From Colwellia sp. (GTDB taxonomy: Bacteria; Pseudomonadota; Gammaproteobacteria; Enterobacterales; Alteromonadaceae): DNA of 64,000 bases. Under the pieces are notes generated by a model. The model was not told the origin of the DNA, made no database searches, and was given only the letters and a program-made list of their open reading frames with translations. Position numbers and translations under genes: made by a program. This document shows positions 50,966 to 61,711 of the stretch, in pieces. The DNA is taken from the NCBI GenBank assembly GCA_002733765.1, contig NVWU01000007.1, forward strand, positions 157,568 through 221,567, given 5' to 3'. Numbering within the stretch: the stretch's first letter is position 1; each line of letters starts with the position of its first letter.

Positions 50966-53900
50966 TTATAATCCGACGGTATTATTCATTTCATTAAAAG
51001 CTAATTCAAGCTCAGCTAATTCGGCACATGCACCTTTAATATCTCCTTCTTGATATTTATACTGTATCGTATGTGCAATCATATGAATTTTATTATGAAC
51101 TTTTTCAAGTTGCGCTATACATTTTTCTTCAAATATATGCTCTTTCTTTTTCTGCAGGATCCAGTTGCCACAGTGGCAGAGCTGACTATCAATAATTGGC
51201 CAGAAGTTATCGTCATCGGTTGACGATTCAAGCACACTTCTAAGTTTATCTTGCCACTCTACAGTAATAAGTCTGAATATCTCTAGACTATTTTCTTTTT
51301 TATTATGATGCTTATTAGCACAAAGAAGCCAGCTTTTATTCGGAATATAACTGCTTAGCCAAGGTAAAAAAATTAGAGCAGGCATAGGTTTAGCTATTGC
51401 ATAGCCTTGAGCTTGTTCACAGCCCATGAGTAATAGTATTAGACCATGATTGGTAGTTTCAACACCTTCAGCAATAACACTGCGGTTAAATGATTTAGAT
51501 AAAGCAATTACCCCATCGATGATAGAGTAATCATTTGGATCATCTAACATATCTCGGACAAAGCTTTGATCAATCTTAATAATATCAACAGGTAAACTTC
51601 TTAAATGGGTCAATGAAGAGTAACCTGTACCAAAATCATCTAGAGCAAAACCTACGCCTAACTGCAGTTGGCATGTCTCGATAATATTATTTATTTTATT
51701 AATATCGCCTAAAGCAGAACTTTCTAATATTTCTAATTGTAAATATTGGGGGCTGATAGAAGAGTGTTTAGCTAAGCATTTTTCAAGCACGGCAACAAAA
51801 GTAGGGGAGAGTAGATGATTTGATGAAATATTAACACTAACTTCAAGTATAACCCCTTGCTGTTGCCAATAATCAAGTTGTTGTATAGCCTCATTTATAA
51901 CCCATTCACCAATCATAATCTCTAATGGTGTGCCATCGATAAATGGTAGGAAGTCTAATGGGGGAATGAGTCCATTTTCAGGGTGAATCCAGCGTATTAA
52001 GGCTTCAACTCCAAATACATCACCAGTAACCATGTTAACTTTTGGCTGATAGTACAATTGAAACTCATTATTAACTAAAGCCTGTTTAATTTCTTCTAGT
52101 CGGTGGTGCTTTTGAATAATACGTTGGTCAGAATCTGGATTATATAGCTGGGAACGATCCTTACCCGACAATTTAGATTGATACATTGCGTGGTCGGCGT
52201 GACGTAGTAAAGTATCTATATCACCATCATCTGAGGGGTATAAAGTAACCCCACTAGAGGCGGTAATATTATGTTGAATATTATCAATAATATAAGGTAG
52301 CGCTAACGCTTGATGAATACGAGTCATGGTACCCTCATATTGTGGTGCTGATTTAATATCATTAAGTAAGATGGCAAACTCATCGCCACCTTGACGTGAT
52401 ACCGTATCTTCTTTTCTTATACAGTTTTTGATACGCTCTGCTACTTCAATTAATAAGCGATCACCCGCTTCATGACCATAGTTATCATTGACCGGTTTGA
52501 AATCATCTAAATCAAGAAAGCACACAGCAAGTTGATGTCCTGTACGTATACTATGGGCAATAGATTGATTAAAGCGGTCTACAAATAAAGCACGATTAGG
52601 CAGTTTTGTGAGTACATCATAATGAGCCATCAGGTTAAGTTGATCTTGTTGTCGTTTGCTACTAGTAATATCAGAAAAAACACTAACATAATTAGTTACT
52701 TCATTATGGTTATTTTTTAACGATGAAATAGTGAGTAATTCAGCATAGAGTTCTCCAGACTTTGTTCTATTCCATACTTCGCCTTGCCAGTATCCCTGCT
52801 CCGTGACTGATTGCCACATATCTTCATAAAACTTCAAACTTTGCTTACCAGAGTTCAATATAGCTGGACGTTTGCCAACAATGTCCTCACGGCTGTAACC
52901 TGTGATTTGGCTAAATGCAGGGTTAACATCAACGATGAGCTGTTGTGCATCCGTAATAATGATGCCTTCATGGGTATCACTAAATACTCTAGAGGATAAC
53001 TTGAGTTTTTCTTCGGTATTTTTTCGCTCAGTAATATCTTGAATGAAACCCGATATCTTGTGGGGTTTTCCATCGCTATTAACTATTACTTTGCCCCGAC
53101 ACTCGATCCAACGCTCCTTACCATCACTGGGTTTAACGATTCGATATTTGACATGATGTTCTTTACCTGTAGAGAAACTTTCTTTAATCGATGCAACAAA
53201 GGCTGGATAGTCGCTCTTATTCATAATGGCACATAATGTCTCAGGTCCCACTTTAGGTTCTGGATTGAGTCCAAATAAAGCGTACATTTGTTCAGACCAT
53301 ATTGCTGTTTTTTGATCTGAAAGTAGCTCCCAAGATCCCATTTTTGCATAAACTTGAGTTTCTTTTAGCTTAGATTCACTATATTTAAGTTGTACCAACG
53401 ATTTTTTATAGTTGGTAACATCTCTAGCAACACCTAATATGCCTATTAAGTTTCCTTGATTATCGGTCATCGGTGTTTTTATCGTTTCAATAAGTTCAAC
53501 ATGACCGTCATCGGCAAAAGTAACCGATTCTTCATTGGCAGTAGCTTTATCTGCGATTAGTGCTTTTTTATCATTGTATCGAAAAAAATCAGCGAGCTCT
53601 TTGTCTACAAAATCATAATCTGTCTTACCCACAATATCCTTTTCTTGAGCGCCAAACATTCGTTCAAATTTGGAATTACAAGAAAGGTAAACACCTTCTT
53701 TATCTTTTAACCAAATCATATCTGGTATGGTATTTAACAATGTTTTGATCAGTGTCTGGTTTGATTCTAATTCGGTAAATAATAGGTGTTCTTCTGTAAC
53801 ATCTCTAAAAACAAGGACGATTCCACTAATGTCACCTGCAGGATTGCGGATAGGAGCACCTGAGTCTGCTATTTGGTATTCAGCGCCATCCTTAGCAATA

Positions 53901-54796
53901 AGCATTGTATGATTCGCTAGCCCGACGATTAACCCTGTGTCGAGTACCTTTTTTACCGGATTACTGGCTGGTTTTCGTGTGTGAGCATGAATAATATTAA
54001 AAACATCAATTAAAGGTTTTCCTATCGCTTGATCAGATGTCCAACCGGTAAGTTGTATCGCAATTGGATTGATATAGGTAACAATGCTATGTATATCTGT
54101 CACAATGACCGCATCACCAATAGAGTTTAGCGTAATACGTATACTTTCTTCTTGTTTATGCAATGTCATTATATTTTTATTTATTTTTGTATTATAACGT
54201 AGTAATAAACCACCGATGAGGCTCCCTAATATAAAAATAAAGGTAATTAACAATTGTTCCATAGTCTTAAACGTTTGTAGCTCTTTAATTATTATTTTTT
54301 GTAAAGCGGTTTCAACATCATCAGCAGCAAGGTTAAATGCTAAAAAAGCTTGGTCAAGTTGTTGATCAATGTCAGAGCCAATACCTGATGTTGATTGTGC
54401 AGCCCACCGTTGTTGAGCAATTTGACGGAAGTTATGAATACCAGCGATTGTTTTTTTTATTTTTAGTCGTAAATGAGGGTTTTTTAACAGGAGAAAGGAG
54501 CCTTCATCATTTTCGCCTCCTTCAAGCATTGCATATGCATTCCATTCAGATTGCTCAAGGTGGAACCATATAGCTTCAATATCAACAGTTTGATCACCAC
54601 TAATAACCTCCTCAAACCACAAATGTGCCATGGTTGCTTCAAGCTTAATTTCCATAGCCGCATCAACCAAAGGAGAGTAGCGTACTGCTATATTGCGTCC
54701 AGTGTTGAATGAATAGTAAACGATTGTGACGATGAGTAACGTTAGTGAGATAGAAATAAAGAGTATTTTACGAGAACCAGTTTCCATTAGGTACAT
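50966..54796 (-). CDS. Membrane sensor: periplasmic/TM region, multiple PAS, GGDEF, EAL and a C-terminal CZB-like domain (1276 aa)
   Basis: 'RQGGDEFAILL', 'GVEALIRW', 'DDFGTGYSSLTHL'. At least 3 PAS/PAC segments. The C-terminal about 120 aa carries 'CHCGNW' then 21 residues then 'HNKIH'. Confidence 0.88.
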   Translation of the reverse strand: MYLMETGSRKILFISISLTLLIVTIVYYSFNTGRNIAVRYSPLVDAAMEIKLEATMAHLWFEEVISGDQTVDIEAIWFHLEQSEWNAYAMLEGGENDEGSFLLLKNPHLRLKIKKTIAGIHNFRQIAQQRWAAQSTSGIGSDIDQQLDQAFLAFNLAADDVETALQKIIIKELQTFKTMEQLLITFIFILGSLIGGLLLRYNTKINKNIMTLHKQEESIRITLNSIGDAVIVTDIHSIVTYINPIAIQLTGWTSDQAIGKPLIDVFNIIHAHTRKPASNPVKKVLDTGLIVGLANHTMLIAKDGAEYQIADSGAPIRNPAGDISGIVLVFRDVTEEHLLFTELESNQTLIKTLLNTIPDMIWLKDKEGVYLSCNSKFERMFGAQEKDIVGKTDYDFVDKELADFFRYNDKKALIADKATANEESVTFADDGHVELIETIKTPMTDNQGNLIGILGVARDVTNYKKSLVQLKYSESKLKETQVYAKMGSWELLSDQKTAIWSEQMYALFGLNPEPKVGPETLCAIMNKSDYPAFVASIKESFSTGKEHHVKYRIVKPSDGKERWIECRGKVIVNSDGKPHKISGFIQDITERKNTEEKLKLSSRVFSDTHEGIIITDAQQLIVDVNPAFSQITGYSREDIVGKRPAILNSGKQSLKFYEDMWQSVTEQGYWQGEVWNRTKSGELYAELLTISSLKNNHNEVTNYVSVFSDITSSKRQQDQLNLMAHYDVLTKLPNRALFVDRFNQSIAHSIRTGHQLAVCFLDLDDFKPVNDNYGHEAGDRLLIEVAERIKNCIRKEDTVSRQGGDEFAILLNDIKSAPQYEGTMTRIHQALALPYIIDNIQHNITASSGVTLYPSDDGDIDTLLRHADHAMYQSKLSGKDRSQLYNPDSDQRIIQKHHRLEEIKQALVNNEFQLYYQPKVNMVTGDVFGVEALIRWIHPENGLIPPLDFLPFIDGTPLEIMIGEWVINEAIQQLDYWQQQGVILEVSVNISSNHLLSPTFVAVLEKCLAKHSSISPQYLQLEILESSALGDINKINNIIETCQLQLGVGFALDDFGTGYSSLTHLRSLPVDIIKIDQSFVRDMLDDPNDYSIIDGVIALSKSFNRSVIAEGVETTNHGLILLLMGCEQAQGYAIAKPMPALIFLPWLSSYIPNKSWLLCANKHHNKKENSLEIFRLITVEWQDKLRSVLESSTDDDNFWPIIDSQLCHCGNWILQKKKEHIFEEKCIAQLEKVHNKIHMIAHTIQYKYQEGDIKGACAELAELELAFNEMNNTVGL

Positions 54797-55127
54797 CCAT
54801 GTTTAGTACAATGATTAAAATTTCAGGGTAGGGGAAATGTATTATTTATTTCAACTTTAAAAATACAAATTTGTTTATCCTATGTTGTTCTATAATTATA
54901 CAGTTATAGAATTTAATTAGCTAATATCACTTGAATTGAAATTACTATTTCAATTGATAAAACATCAAAAATATGAGGGTATAAATGTTGAAAAAGCTAG
55001 CGATTGTCTAGCATTATTGACATGGTTTATTGAAAAGATTATTGTTTTCATTGGGTCAAGAACAATCATTGATTTGCCTTTGATTTTTCTGAATAATTAT
55101 TATAAAAATTACAGTAGATAATAGAAT

Positions 55128-55553
55128 ATGAAAATTGAAGCAATAATGGATGATAATATCATTTGTATAGATTTAGATGAAAGACTATCTGTTGTTAGGG
55201 AATTATTTATTAAACAAAAGTTTCATCACTTAATGGTTATCAATCAAAAGAATGAACTTGTCGCTGTTATTTCTGAAAGGGATTATTTTAAAGCAACAAA
55301 TTCTAATCTAGAATTACCTACCGCAAATGATAAAGATTTAGCTATGTTAAACAAAAGAGTTCATCAAATTGTTTCTAAAAAATTAGTGGCAATTAAACAA
55401 TTTACTCCTTTTAGTGAAGCGATAAAAGTTTTTCACGATACCGGTGTATCCTGCCTGCCGGTAATAAATAATAATAATAAGCCCGTAGGAATAATAACAT
55501 GGCGAGATATTATTACTTGGCTATATAGTAAAGTTAATTCACCTAAAACTTAG
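55128..55553 (+). CDS. CBS-domain pair protein
   Basis: Two CBS repeats ('HHLMVINQKNELVAVISERD', 'SCLPVINNNNKPVGIITWRD'). Confidence 0.8.
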   Translation: MKIEAIMDDNIICIDLDERLSVVRELFIKQKFHHLMVINQKNELVAVISERDYFKATNSNLELPTANDKDLAMLNKRVHQIVSKKLVAIKQFTPFSEAIKVFHDTGVSCLPVINNNNKPVGIITWRDIITWLYSKVNSPKT

Positions 55554-55586
55554 GTGATATGTATGCAAAAAATGGATAGTAATGTC

Positions 55587-56270
55587 TTACTTTATAAGAC
55601 ATTTAGTTAACCAGATACCAATATCATTAAGTTGCTGTGGTAGTACACTGTGCGCCATTCGATAAGTTTTCCATTGAGTATTATAGCTTTTATTTTTCAT
55701 TAACTCGTTTGCCATTTTACCTGATGACATCGGCACAACCTCATCAAGCTCGCCATGGTGTTGTAATATGGGGGTGTTTTTATTGGCCGTACTTAGCTGA
55801 GTAGGTAATTGATCTTTTATCGGTAAGTAACATGATAAAGCCATAATGCCTGCTAACCTTTGCTCAAAACGTAAACCAGTAAACAAACTCATGACACCGC
55901 CTTGACTAAAACCAGCTAAAACAATATTACTTGCTGCAATTCCATTATCAATTTGCTCTTGAATTAAAGCGTGTACCAAACACTCAGATTGAAGTACACC
56001 ATCCATATCTGCTCGATTATGTAAATCGTCATTTTTAATGTCGTACCAAGCTGGCATCATAAAACCATTGTTGATGGTAACAGCCTGTTCGGGAGCATGA
56101 GGAAAAATAAAACGTATGGCGTGATCCTGTGGTAAATTTAACATTGGCACCACGGGCGCAAAACCTGCGCCTGAATCACCTAAACCATGTAACCATATTA
56201 CACAAGAAGTGGCAGTTGTTTTTGGCTCGATTGTAATGCGATCAAGTAATGTTGTTTGTTTATTCATCAT
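55587..56270 (-). CDS. Carboxylesterase/phospholipase-family alpha/beta hydrolase
   Basis: 'IWLHGLGDSG', nucleophile elbow 'GFSQGG', 'HG..D.VV'. Confidence 0.85.
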   Translation of the reverse strand: MMNKQTTLLDRITIEPKTTATSCVIWLHGLGDSGAGFAPVVPMLNLPQDHAIRFIFPHAPEQAVTINNGFMMPAWYDIKNDDLHNRADMDGVLQSECLVHALIQEQIDNGIAASNIVLAGFSQGGVMSLFTGLRFEQRLAGIMALSCYLPIKDQLPTQLSTANKNTPILQHHGELDEVVPMSSGKMANELMKNKSYNTQWKTYRMAHSVLPQQLNDIGIWLTKCLIK

Positions 56271-56465
56271 ATCTCTTTGTGTTGAATGTTCTAGCGGCTT
56301 AATATACGCTAATTTGTTTGAAAGCAGAAAGTCTTTGATGTTTTTATAGGAAATTATTTAGAGGTATAAAGTAGCTGATATAGTAAATAAATGTCGTATA
56401 ATCCCCAGATAAAAACGTCAACTATCAGATCGAATAATGAATTATACACTTAAGGTTAGCAATAA

Positions 56466-56888
56466 ATGACTTGGTCAAAAACGGCAGCGATGGTTTGTCA
56501 TGGTTTAGCTATTTTACCGATGTTAGTAGGCGGACTAATTTATGCTACTCGCGATAGTTATTTATCCTATCATGCCAAGGCCACTACTTATGTCTGGCAG
56601 GAACTAGCGCCAGGTCTACAAATATTGTTTAAAGCGATGTTAAATGGGGCAGGGAGTTTAATGTTATTAACAGCACTAACGCTTATACTCTTGTTAATTA
56701 TACCCTTTAGGCAGAATGAACGATGGTGTTTTTGGGCAATACCGTTAATTGGTATTAGCGCAATGCTAGCAACCATACGAGCGGCGGTATTGGTTGATCT
56801 AAATACCGCGGCAAACCCACCATGGTTATGGTTGTTGTTCGTTATTGGCCTATTTATAAGCGGTTTGTTTTTATCTTATAAAAAATAA
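56466..56888 (+). CDS. Hypothetical membrane protein (140 aa)
   Basis: Four TM segments. No recognised family. Confidence 0.5.
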   Translation: MTWSKTAAMVCHGLAILPMLVGGLIYATRDSYLSYHAKATTYVWQELAPGLQILFKAMLNGAGSLMLLTALTLILLLIIPFRQNERWCFWAIPLIGISAMLATIRAAVLVDLNTAANPPWLWLLFVIGLFISGLFLSYKK

Positions 56889-56901
56889 TTGAATGAGGGA
56901 C

Positions 56902-57981
56902 TTACCACTGAAGTCCCATCATAATACAACTTAAACCACTGCCAATACCAAGAAATGCGACTTTATCATTTTTTTTCAAAAAGCCCTGTTCAGTAGCGAT
57001 CGCAGCAGTTACAGGTAGTGATACAGTCCCCATATTACCCAGTGTTGGAAATGTAATAAAATCCTGTTCTTTACTGATTTTTAGTTGTTCAAGTACGTGT
57101 TTACGATTAACCGAACCTATTTGATGGCAGATTAGTTTATCAACATCGGATCTTTGCCAACCAGATTCAGTTAAAAAATCTTGCCAAGTCAAATTACCCA
57201 AGTGCATGCCTTTTTTAAGCAGCAATGCCGCATCAGTGGTCATGACTTCTTTAAATAACCCTGGCGCAACTGGTTGCATGCCCCAATGACAAATTTCAAA
57301 ATCGGCCGCTGATGTTCGGCTGGTCACTGTTAATAACTTATGTCCTTTAAGTTCTTGATAGCCTTGACCATTAGTAAAAGAACCGTCGGTTATTAAAATA
57401 GCTGTCGCGCCAGAGCCACCTGTAAGTGTGGCCAACGTATCAGCAAAAACAGCCATATTTGGGTTATCTAATAAATATTTGATGCTACTTTCAACAATAC
57501 TATGAGCCGATTCACAAGAAACCACTAGGCCAGCTTTAATCTGTCCTAATTCGATACGGTTGGCGATATCAATGATACCATTCATTGTACCTAGGCAGGC
57601 GTTGCTAATATCATGAACAACCGTATTACTGTTTGCCCCTAGTTTTGCCGCCACTCTACAGGCGGTAGCTGGCTCGTAACCTTCTCGGCAAACGCCAGTG
57701 TAAATAATTGCGCCAATGCTATTAATATTTACATTGGTTTTATTTAGACACTTTTTAGCTGCGGCAATTGCGCCGTCAGAATAGCGAAAACCTTCATTCC
57801 ACCAACGACGTTGCTCAATGCCAGTAAAGGCTTTCAATTGTCCTTTGGGTATATGAAGGGCTTTGTATACAGGTTCAAGCCTACGCTCTATTTCTTCGCT
57901 AGAAATAATACGTGGAGCCAGTTGATAACTAATATCATCGATAAATACGCGTGCGTATTGCATGTTAAGGTGAAAATCCAT
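56902..57981 (-). CDS. KAS III-type (FabH/OleA-like) thiolase-superfamily condensing enzyme
   Basis: Cys-His-Asn triad context: 'SNACLG', 'ICHQIGS', 'LGNMGTVS'. The N-terminal pattern 'EIERRLEPVYKALHIPKG.L...TGIEQRRWW' resembles the OleA/FabH-like subgroup. Start codon uncertain. Confidence 0.75.
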   Translation of the reverse strand: MDFHLNMQYARVFIDDISYQLAPRIISSEEIERRLEPVYKALHIPKGQLKAFTGIEQRRWWNEGFRYSDGAIAAAKKCLNKTNVNINSIGAIIYTGVCREGYEPATACRVAAKLGANSNTVVHDISNACLGTMNGIIDIANRIELGQIKAGLVVSCESAHSIVESSIKYLLDNPNMAVFADTLATLTGGSGATAILITDGSFTNGQGYQELKGHKLLTVTSRTSAADFEICHWGMQPVAPGLFKEVMTTDAALLLKKGMHLGNLTWQDFLTESGWQRSDVDKLICHQIGSVNRKHVLEQLKISKEQDFITFPTLGNMGTVSLPVTAAIATEQGFLKKNDKVAFLGIGSGLSCIMMGLQW

Positions 57982-58483
57982 AAAAAGTAAAAATGATAAA
58001 TATGAGGCAGGGATAACTACAACAGCATCCTAGTAAGGCGTTTTTCATATAGAGTAAATAATTACAATTAGCATTCAACTCTACAGATAAATGATTATAC
58101 CTTAGTCTGAAGCATCCTTCACCGTTCACGTAGATTTATTTATATAACGGTTATTATTAACAAAATGAGTATATTGCTTTAATACAGCTAACAGAACTAA
58201 GCTGTTGTTATTTACTAAACAAATAAGAAAGAATGCGAGTTTAGCGATTATGTGAAATGAGCAGGTTAACCAGCTTTTATAAATCTGACTTGTAAAATAA
58301 AACTGAACAAACGGTTGTTGATTATTTTAATGAAATCATACAAATGGATAGTTTTATCTTATACGAAGAGGCGTTAGAATAACAAGAACTTATCAATACT
58401 CGCTAAAAATCAACTCTGAAACTTGAGTAAAGGTCAGTTAGCTGTTTATATTTAAGATAAAATAATACAAGCTAACATCTATC

Positions 58484-58546
58484 TCTGTTTCACTTGAATA
58501 TACATGATTTAGCTGAATCGCTCCTCTTTAAGTGGCGCGGCTATAA
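58484..58546. repeat. Palindromic repeat element, copy B (shorter variant)
   Basis: TCTGTTTCACTTGAATATACATGATTTAGCTGAAT...CTTTAAGTGGCGCGGCTATA aligns with copy A on both arms and in the segment flanking the left arm. Confidence 0.6.
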
Positions 58547-58589
58547 GTATCAATAACGACAATATCTAATCTACTTTACTGGAAAAACG

Positions 58590-59201
58590 ATGGAATTATT
58601 ACATTGGCTATCACTTGCCTCTATATGCATTTTAGGCGCTATGACACCAGGGCCAAGTCTTGCGGTGGTACTAAAACATACTATGTCAGGTAGCCGAAAA
58701 AACGGTGTTTATGCCAGTGTATTTCATGGTTTAGGTGTAAGTATTTATGCCGTATTAACGGTGCTTGGTATGGCAGTAGTTATCAAAGAAACGCCTTGGT
58801 TATTTAACTTAATAAGATACTCAGGCATTGCTTTTTTACTGTGGCTGTCATTCAAAGCACTTACAACCAAATCAACCTTTAGTGGACAGGTAGTGAATGT
58901 TGCTCAACCGTCGTTTAAGAAAAGTGCCTATGAAGGCTTTATGATCGCTTTTCTAAATCCAAAATTAGCTATTTTCTTTTTAGCACTTTTTAGTCAGTTC
59001 ATTAATGAGAGTTCATTATGGCAACAAAAAGTGATTATGGTGCTTACGGTTGGCGGTATTGATACGTTGTGGTATTGCTTAATTGCTCTCGTATTTTCCC
59101 AGTCAACAATGATTGATAAACTGAAAGAAAATACCCATATAATTGAAAAAACCACGGGTGTTGCCTTATTACTGTTAGCAACAAAAATGTTATTTATTTA
59201 A
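58590..59201 (+). CDS. LysE-family amino-acid exporter
   Basis: 'GAMTPGPS' N-terminal motif and about 6 TM segments, 203 aa. Confidence 0.8.
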   Translation: MELLHWLSLASICILGAMTPGPSLAVVLKHTMSGSRKNGVYASVFHGLGVSIYAVLTVLGMAVVIKETPWLFNLIRYSGIAFLLWLSFKALTTKSTFSGQVVNVAQPSFKKSAYEGFMIAFLNPKLAIFFLALFSQFINESSLWQQKVIMVLTVGGIDTLWYCLIALVFSQSTMIDKLKENTHIIEKTTGVALLLLATKMLFI

Positions 59202-59409
59202 TTTTATAGGGTTTAATTCTTCGCCGTTTACGGCGTCAAGGGAACAGGGATAGAAACCTTGATTTAATTGACGCGCTTCAAACGCTGCTTTGAAGGGGGT
59301 AAAATTACTTTATACGACGCTAAATAATTCAAATGGTTTTCGTTATTTATCAGCATTAGCACGAGTACCAAATAAAATAATTAAGTCATTACTTTATTTG
59401 GTAAATAGC

Positions 59410-59742
59410 TTATTTCGTGAAATTAGCGGCTTCTGAAATAGAGCCTCGAACAAGGTTGGCAACTTCTTCAGAACTCTTTGTCGCGACTTCATATGCGTTT
59501 TGTGCCGAAGCTGAAACTTTTGTTTGAAGTTGATCAGTATAATATTTTTGATCGTCTATCACTTTAGTCAAATCAGTTTGCGTTGATAACGTTTTCGTTT
59601 GCGCGGCAATTTCCCAACAAATAGCCGTTAGAAATGTTTTTTGTAAATTTATTAATTGTTCAAAAGATTTTGTATTGATTTCTATAAGGCTATTGAATGG
59701 CTTTATAGCAGTTGTAAATTGTTCTGATATTTTTGTAAACAT
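59410..59742 (-). CDS. Phasin-family protein
   Basis: 'MFTKISEQFTTAIKPFNSLIEINTKSFEQLINLQ' is phasin-like. The ATG at 59742 has a strong AAAGGAAG SD, so the 59778 start is probably an over-extension. Confidence 0.7.
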   Translation of the reverse strand: MFTKISEQFTTAIKPFNSLIEINTKSFEQLINLQKTFLTAICWEIAAQTKTLSTQTDLTKVIDDQKYYTDQLQTKVSASAQNAYEVATKSSEEVANLVRGSISEAANFTK

Positions 59743-59960
59743 AATAAAGCTTCCTTTAGTAGTACTGCGGTGCAGCAATTAATTCAAAATCAGTATAGAA
59801 TGATAAAATATTGACGTCAATACTTTTTATGCTGCCTAGCAGCACTGGGATTAGTAAATGATAATATTTGTTTTTCTTTATTATTATCGACACAATATTG
59901 CACCGCTATTATTTGATTGAGCGATATTAAAAGTAAGATGAAATTACTCGGTTTTTATTA

Positions 59961-60425
59961 TTAGGGTTGTACTGGCTCTATATAAGCACTAGTTCCCCAC
60001 AAAGGAACGGTAGAAAGGCTATGTTTAAAACTTCCTGATATTTCGCTTGTAGAGTAAGAGATATACATCAACGTTTGGTTTTTAGCATCATATATTCTTC
60101 TAATTTTCATTGTCTTGAAAAAAATACTTTTAGATTTTTTAAATACCACTTCACCTGACTTAGATTTGTCTATTTGAGCTATCATCTCAGTAGTTATTTC
60201 GCCTGTTCTTCTACAAGAAATAGAGCTATCACTAGGATCAGCAAAGCTAAAATTATCTTCTATAGATGCGATGTGACACGTTACCCCTGAAATAATATCA
60301 TCTTTTAACATATTTAATTTTATGTCTTTTAGTGTAAATACACCAAGTGATACATCACCGACTTCATTGTCAGAACAAGCAGTAATGAATGCAGTTAAAT
60401 ATACTGCAATTATTATTTTTTTCAT
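59961..60425 (-). CDS. creA: CreA-family lipoprotein/periplasmic protein
   Basis: Lipobox 'ITAC'. 'VTCHIA', 'ISCRRTGEI', 'GEVVFKKSKSI.FKT..I.R.YDAKN..L.Y..YS' is collinear with E. coli CreA. Confidence 0.8.
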   Translation of the reverse strand: MKKIIIAVYLTAFITACSDNEVGDVSLGVFTLKDIKLNMLKDDIISGVTCHIASIEDNFSFADPSDSSISCRRTGEITTEMIAQIDKSKSGEVVFKKSKSIFFKTMKIRRIYDAKNQTLMYISYSTSEISGSFKHSLSTVPLWGTSAYIEPVQP

Positions 60426-60692
60426 TGGGTTACCCTAGTGTTAGTCTGTGCTGTTAGAGTTTATCACAATCAAAATAGTTAGGAATAATAAGTTTTTTAT
60501 CATTCAAACGTTTAACTTATGTAGGTAATGACTGCGCCAAGGAAGCCGTTAGTTAAGTTTTACCAACAACAAAAAAAAAAACTATTATCAGTAAAAATAA
60601 AATATAGGTTTGTTAGCGACTTTTGACGTAGAATTATTACCCATCAATTAATAGGAAATTGTTCCTATAGCACAGGATCATTTAAGAGAGAT

Positions 60693-61346
60693 ATGAGAGT
60701 AAGAATGAAAAAAAAGCAACAAACACCATTACTTTCTAGTGAAGGCACACTTTACTTATTACGTCACGGTGAAATAGCAACGCCTGGTATTTTAGCAGGA
60801 AAAACTGATGTAGCGCTCTCTGAGGTTGGACGTAAACAATTATTACAGGCCACTGGTTCATTAATAAATATTAGTCGCTGTATTAGTTCGCCTTTAATAC
60901 GTTGTCATGACGGGGCAAGTCAGTATTGCCAACAACACCATTTACCATTAGAAGTTGACAGTAAATTGCGAGAGATGGATTTTGGCGACTGGGATGGTAA
61001 ACGTTATCAGGCATTGTGGAAAATGGATGAGCAGTCAGCCACTAGCGCGATAGGCAATTTTTGGCAAAACCCTTGGCAGCACCAACCACCCAATGGTGAA
61101 ACAATGGATAGTTTTGTTAGCCGTGTGGATAACTGGTGGCAAGACTATTGCGCCGACAGCCAGTTGCATAATACGCTTGTATTTACCCATGCAGGTGTGA
61201 TCAAACATATACTGGCCAGAATTCTACATTTACCTATTCCTGGCACAGTGCATATGGCCTCAATCGATGTGCCGTATGCAAGTGTGATCAAAATATCTTT
61301 ATATCGCGATGAAAACGAAAAAGTTTGGTCAAAGCTTATGTTATAA
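60693..61346 (+). CDS. cobC: Histidine-phosphatase family protein, probable alpha-ribazole phosphatase
   Basis: 'LYLLRHGE' catalytic motif and 'THAGVIK'. The call relies on the neighbouring B12 riboswitch and cobT. The start may be 60705. Confidence 0.65.
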   Translation: MRVRMKKKQQTPLLSSEGTLYLLRHGEIATPGILAGKTDVALSEVGRKQLLQATGSLINISRCISSPLIRCHDGASQYCQQHHLPLEVDSKLREMDFGDWDGKRYQALWKMDEQSATSAIGNFWQNPWQHQPPNGETMDSFVSRVDNWWQDYCADSQLHNTLVFTHAGVIKHILARILHLPIPGTVHMASIDVPYASVIKISLYRDENEKVWSKLML

Positions 61347-61429
61347 GTCATATGATCTTTGTCACTTGAAAAGGTAAATAACGCTTGCTATTTCCGCTGA
61401 GCCGTTGATAATCGCGTTCTGTAAAAAAG

Positions 61430-61585
61430 TCATTAATTTTTAATGTTATTGCAAGAAAATGCAATATTTGGGAATGTGGTGAAAAACCACAACTGTGCCC
61501 GCAACTGTAAGTCAATAAAGAGTACACGCTTAATTTGAGCTGTTTTTTGATATTGACAAGTCAGGATACCCATTAAAATATTAAT
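61430..61585 (+). promoter_or_regulatory. Cobalamin (B12) riboswitch
   Basis: Core 'GGGAATGTGGTGAAAAACCACAACTGTGCCCGCAACTGTAAG' and B12-box-like 'AAGTCAGGATACCC'. Upstream of an ABC importer and cobT. Confidence 0.8.
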
Positions 61586-61711
61586 CAATTATATCAATTC
61601 GAGCGGGTTACTCGAACACTGTATATTCATTCATTTGTTATATAACGTTACGTTAACAACAAAGAATCGATTGTGCGCTGTTTGACCGTTTGATAAATAA
61701 GCGAGTGAACA

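Noticed and set aside
54936-55121. 61-aa ORF upstream of the CBS gene.
   Set aside because: It lies in an AT-rich promoter region, has no SD, and has an isoleucine/lysine-biased composition typical of translated AT-rich non-coding DNA.
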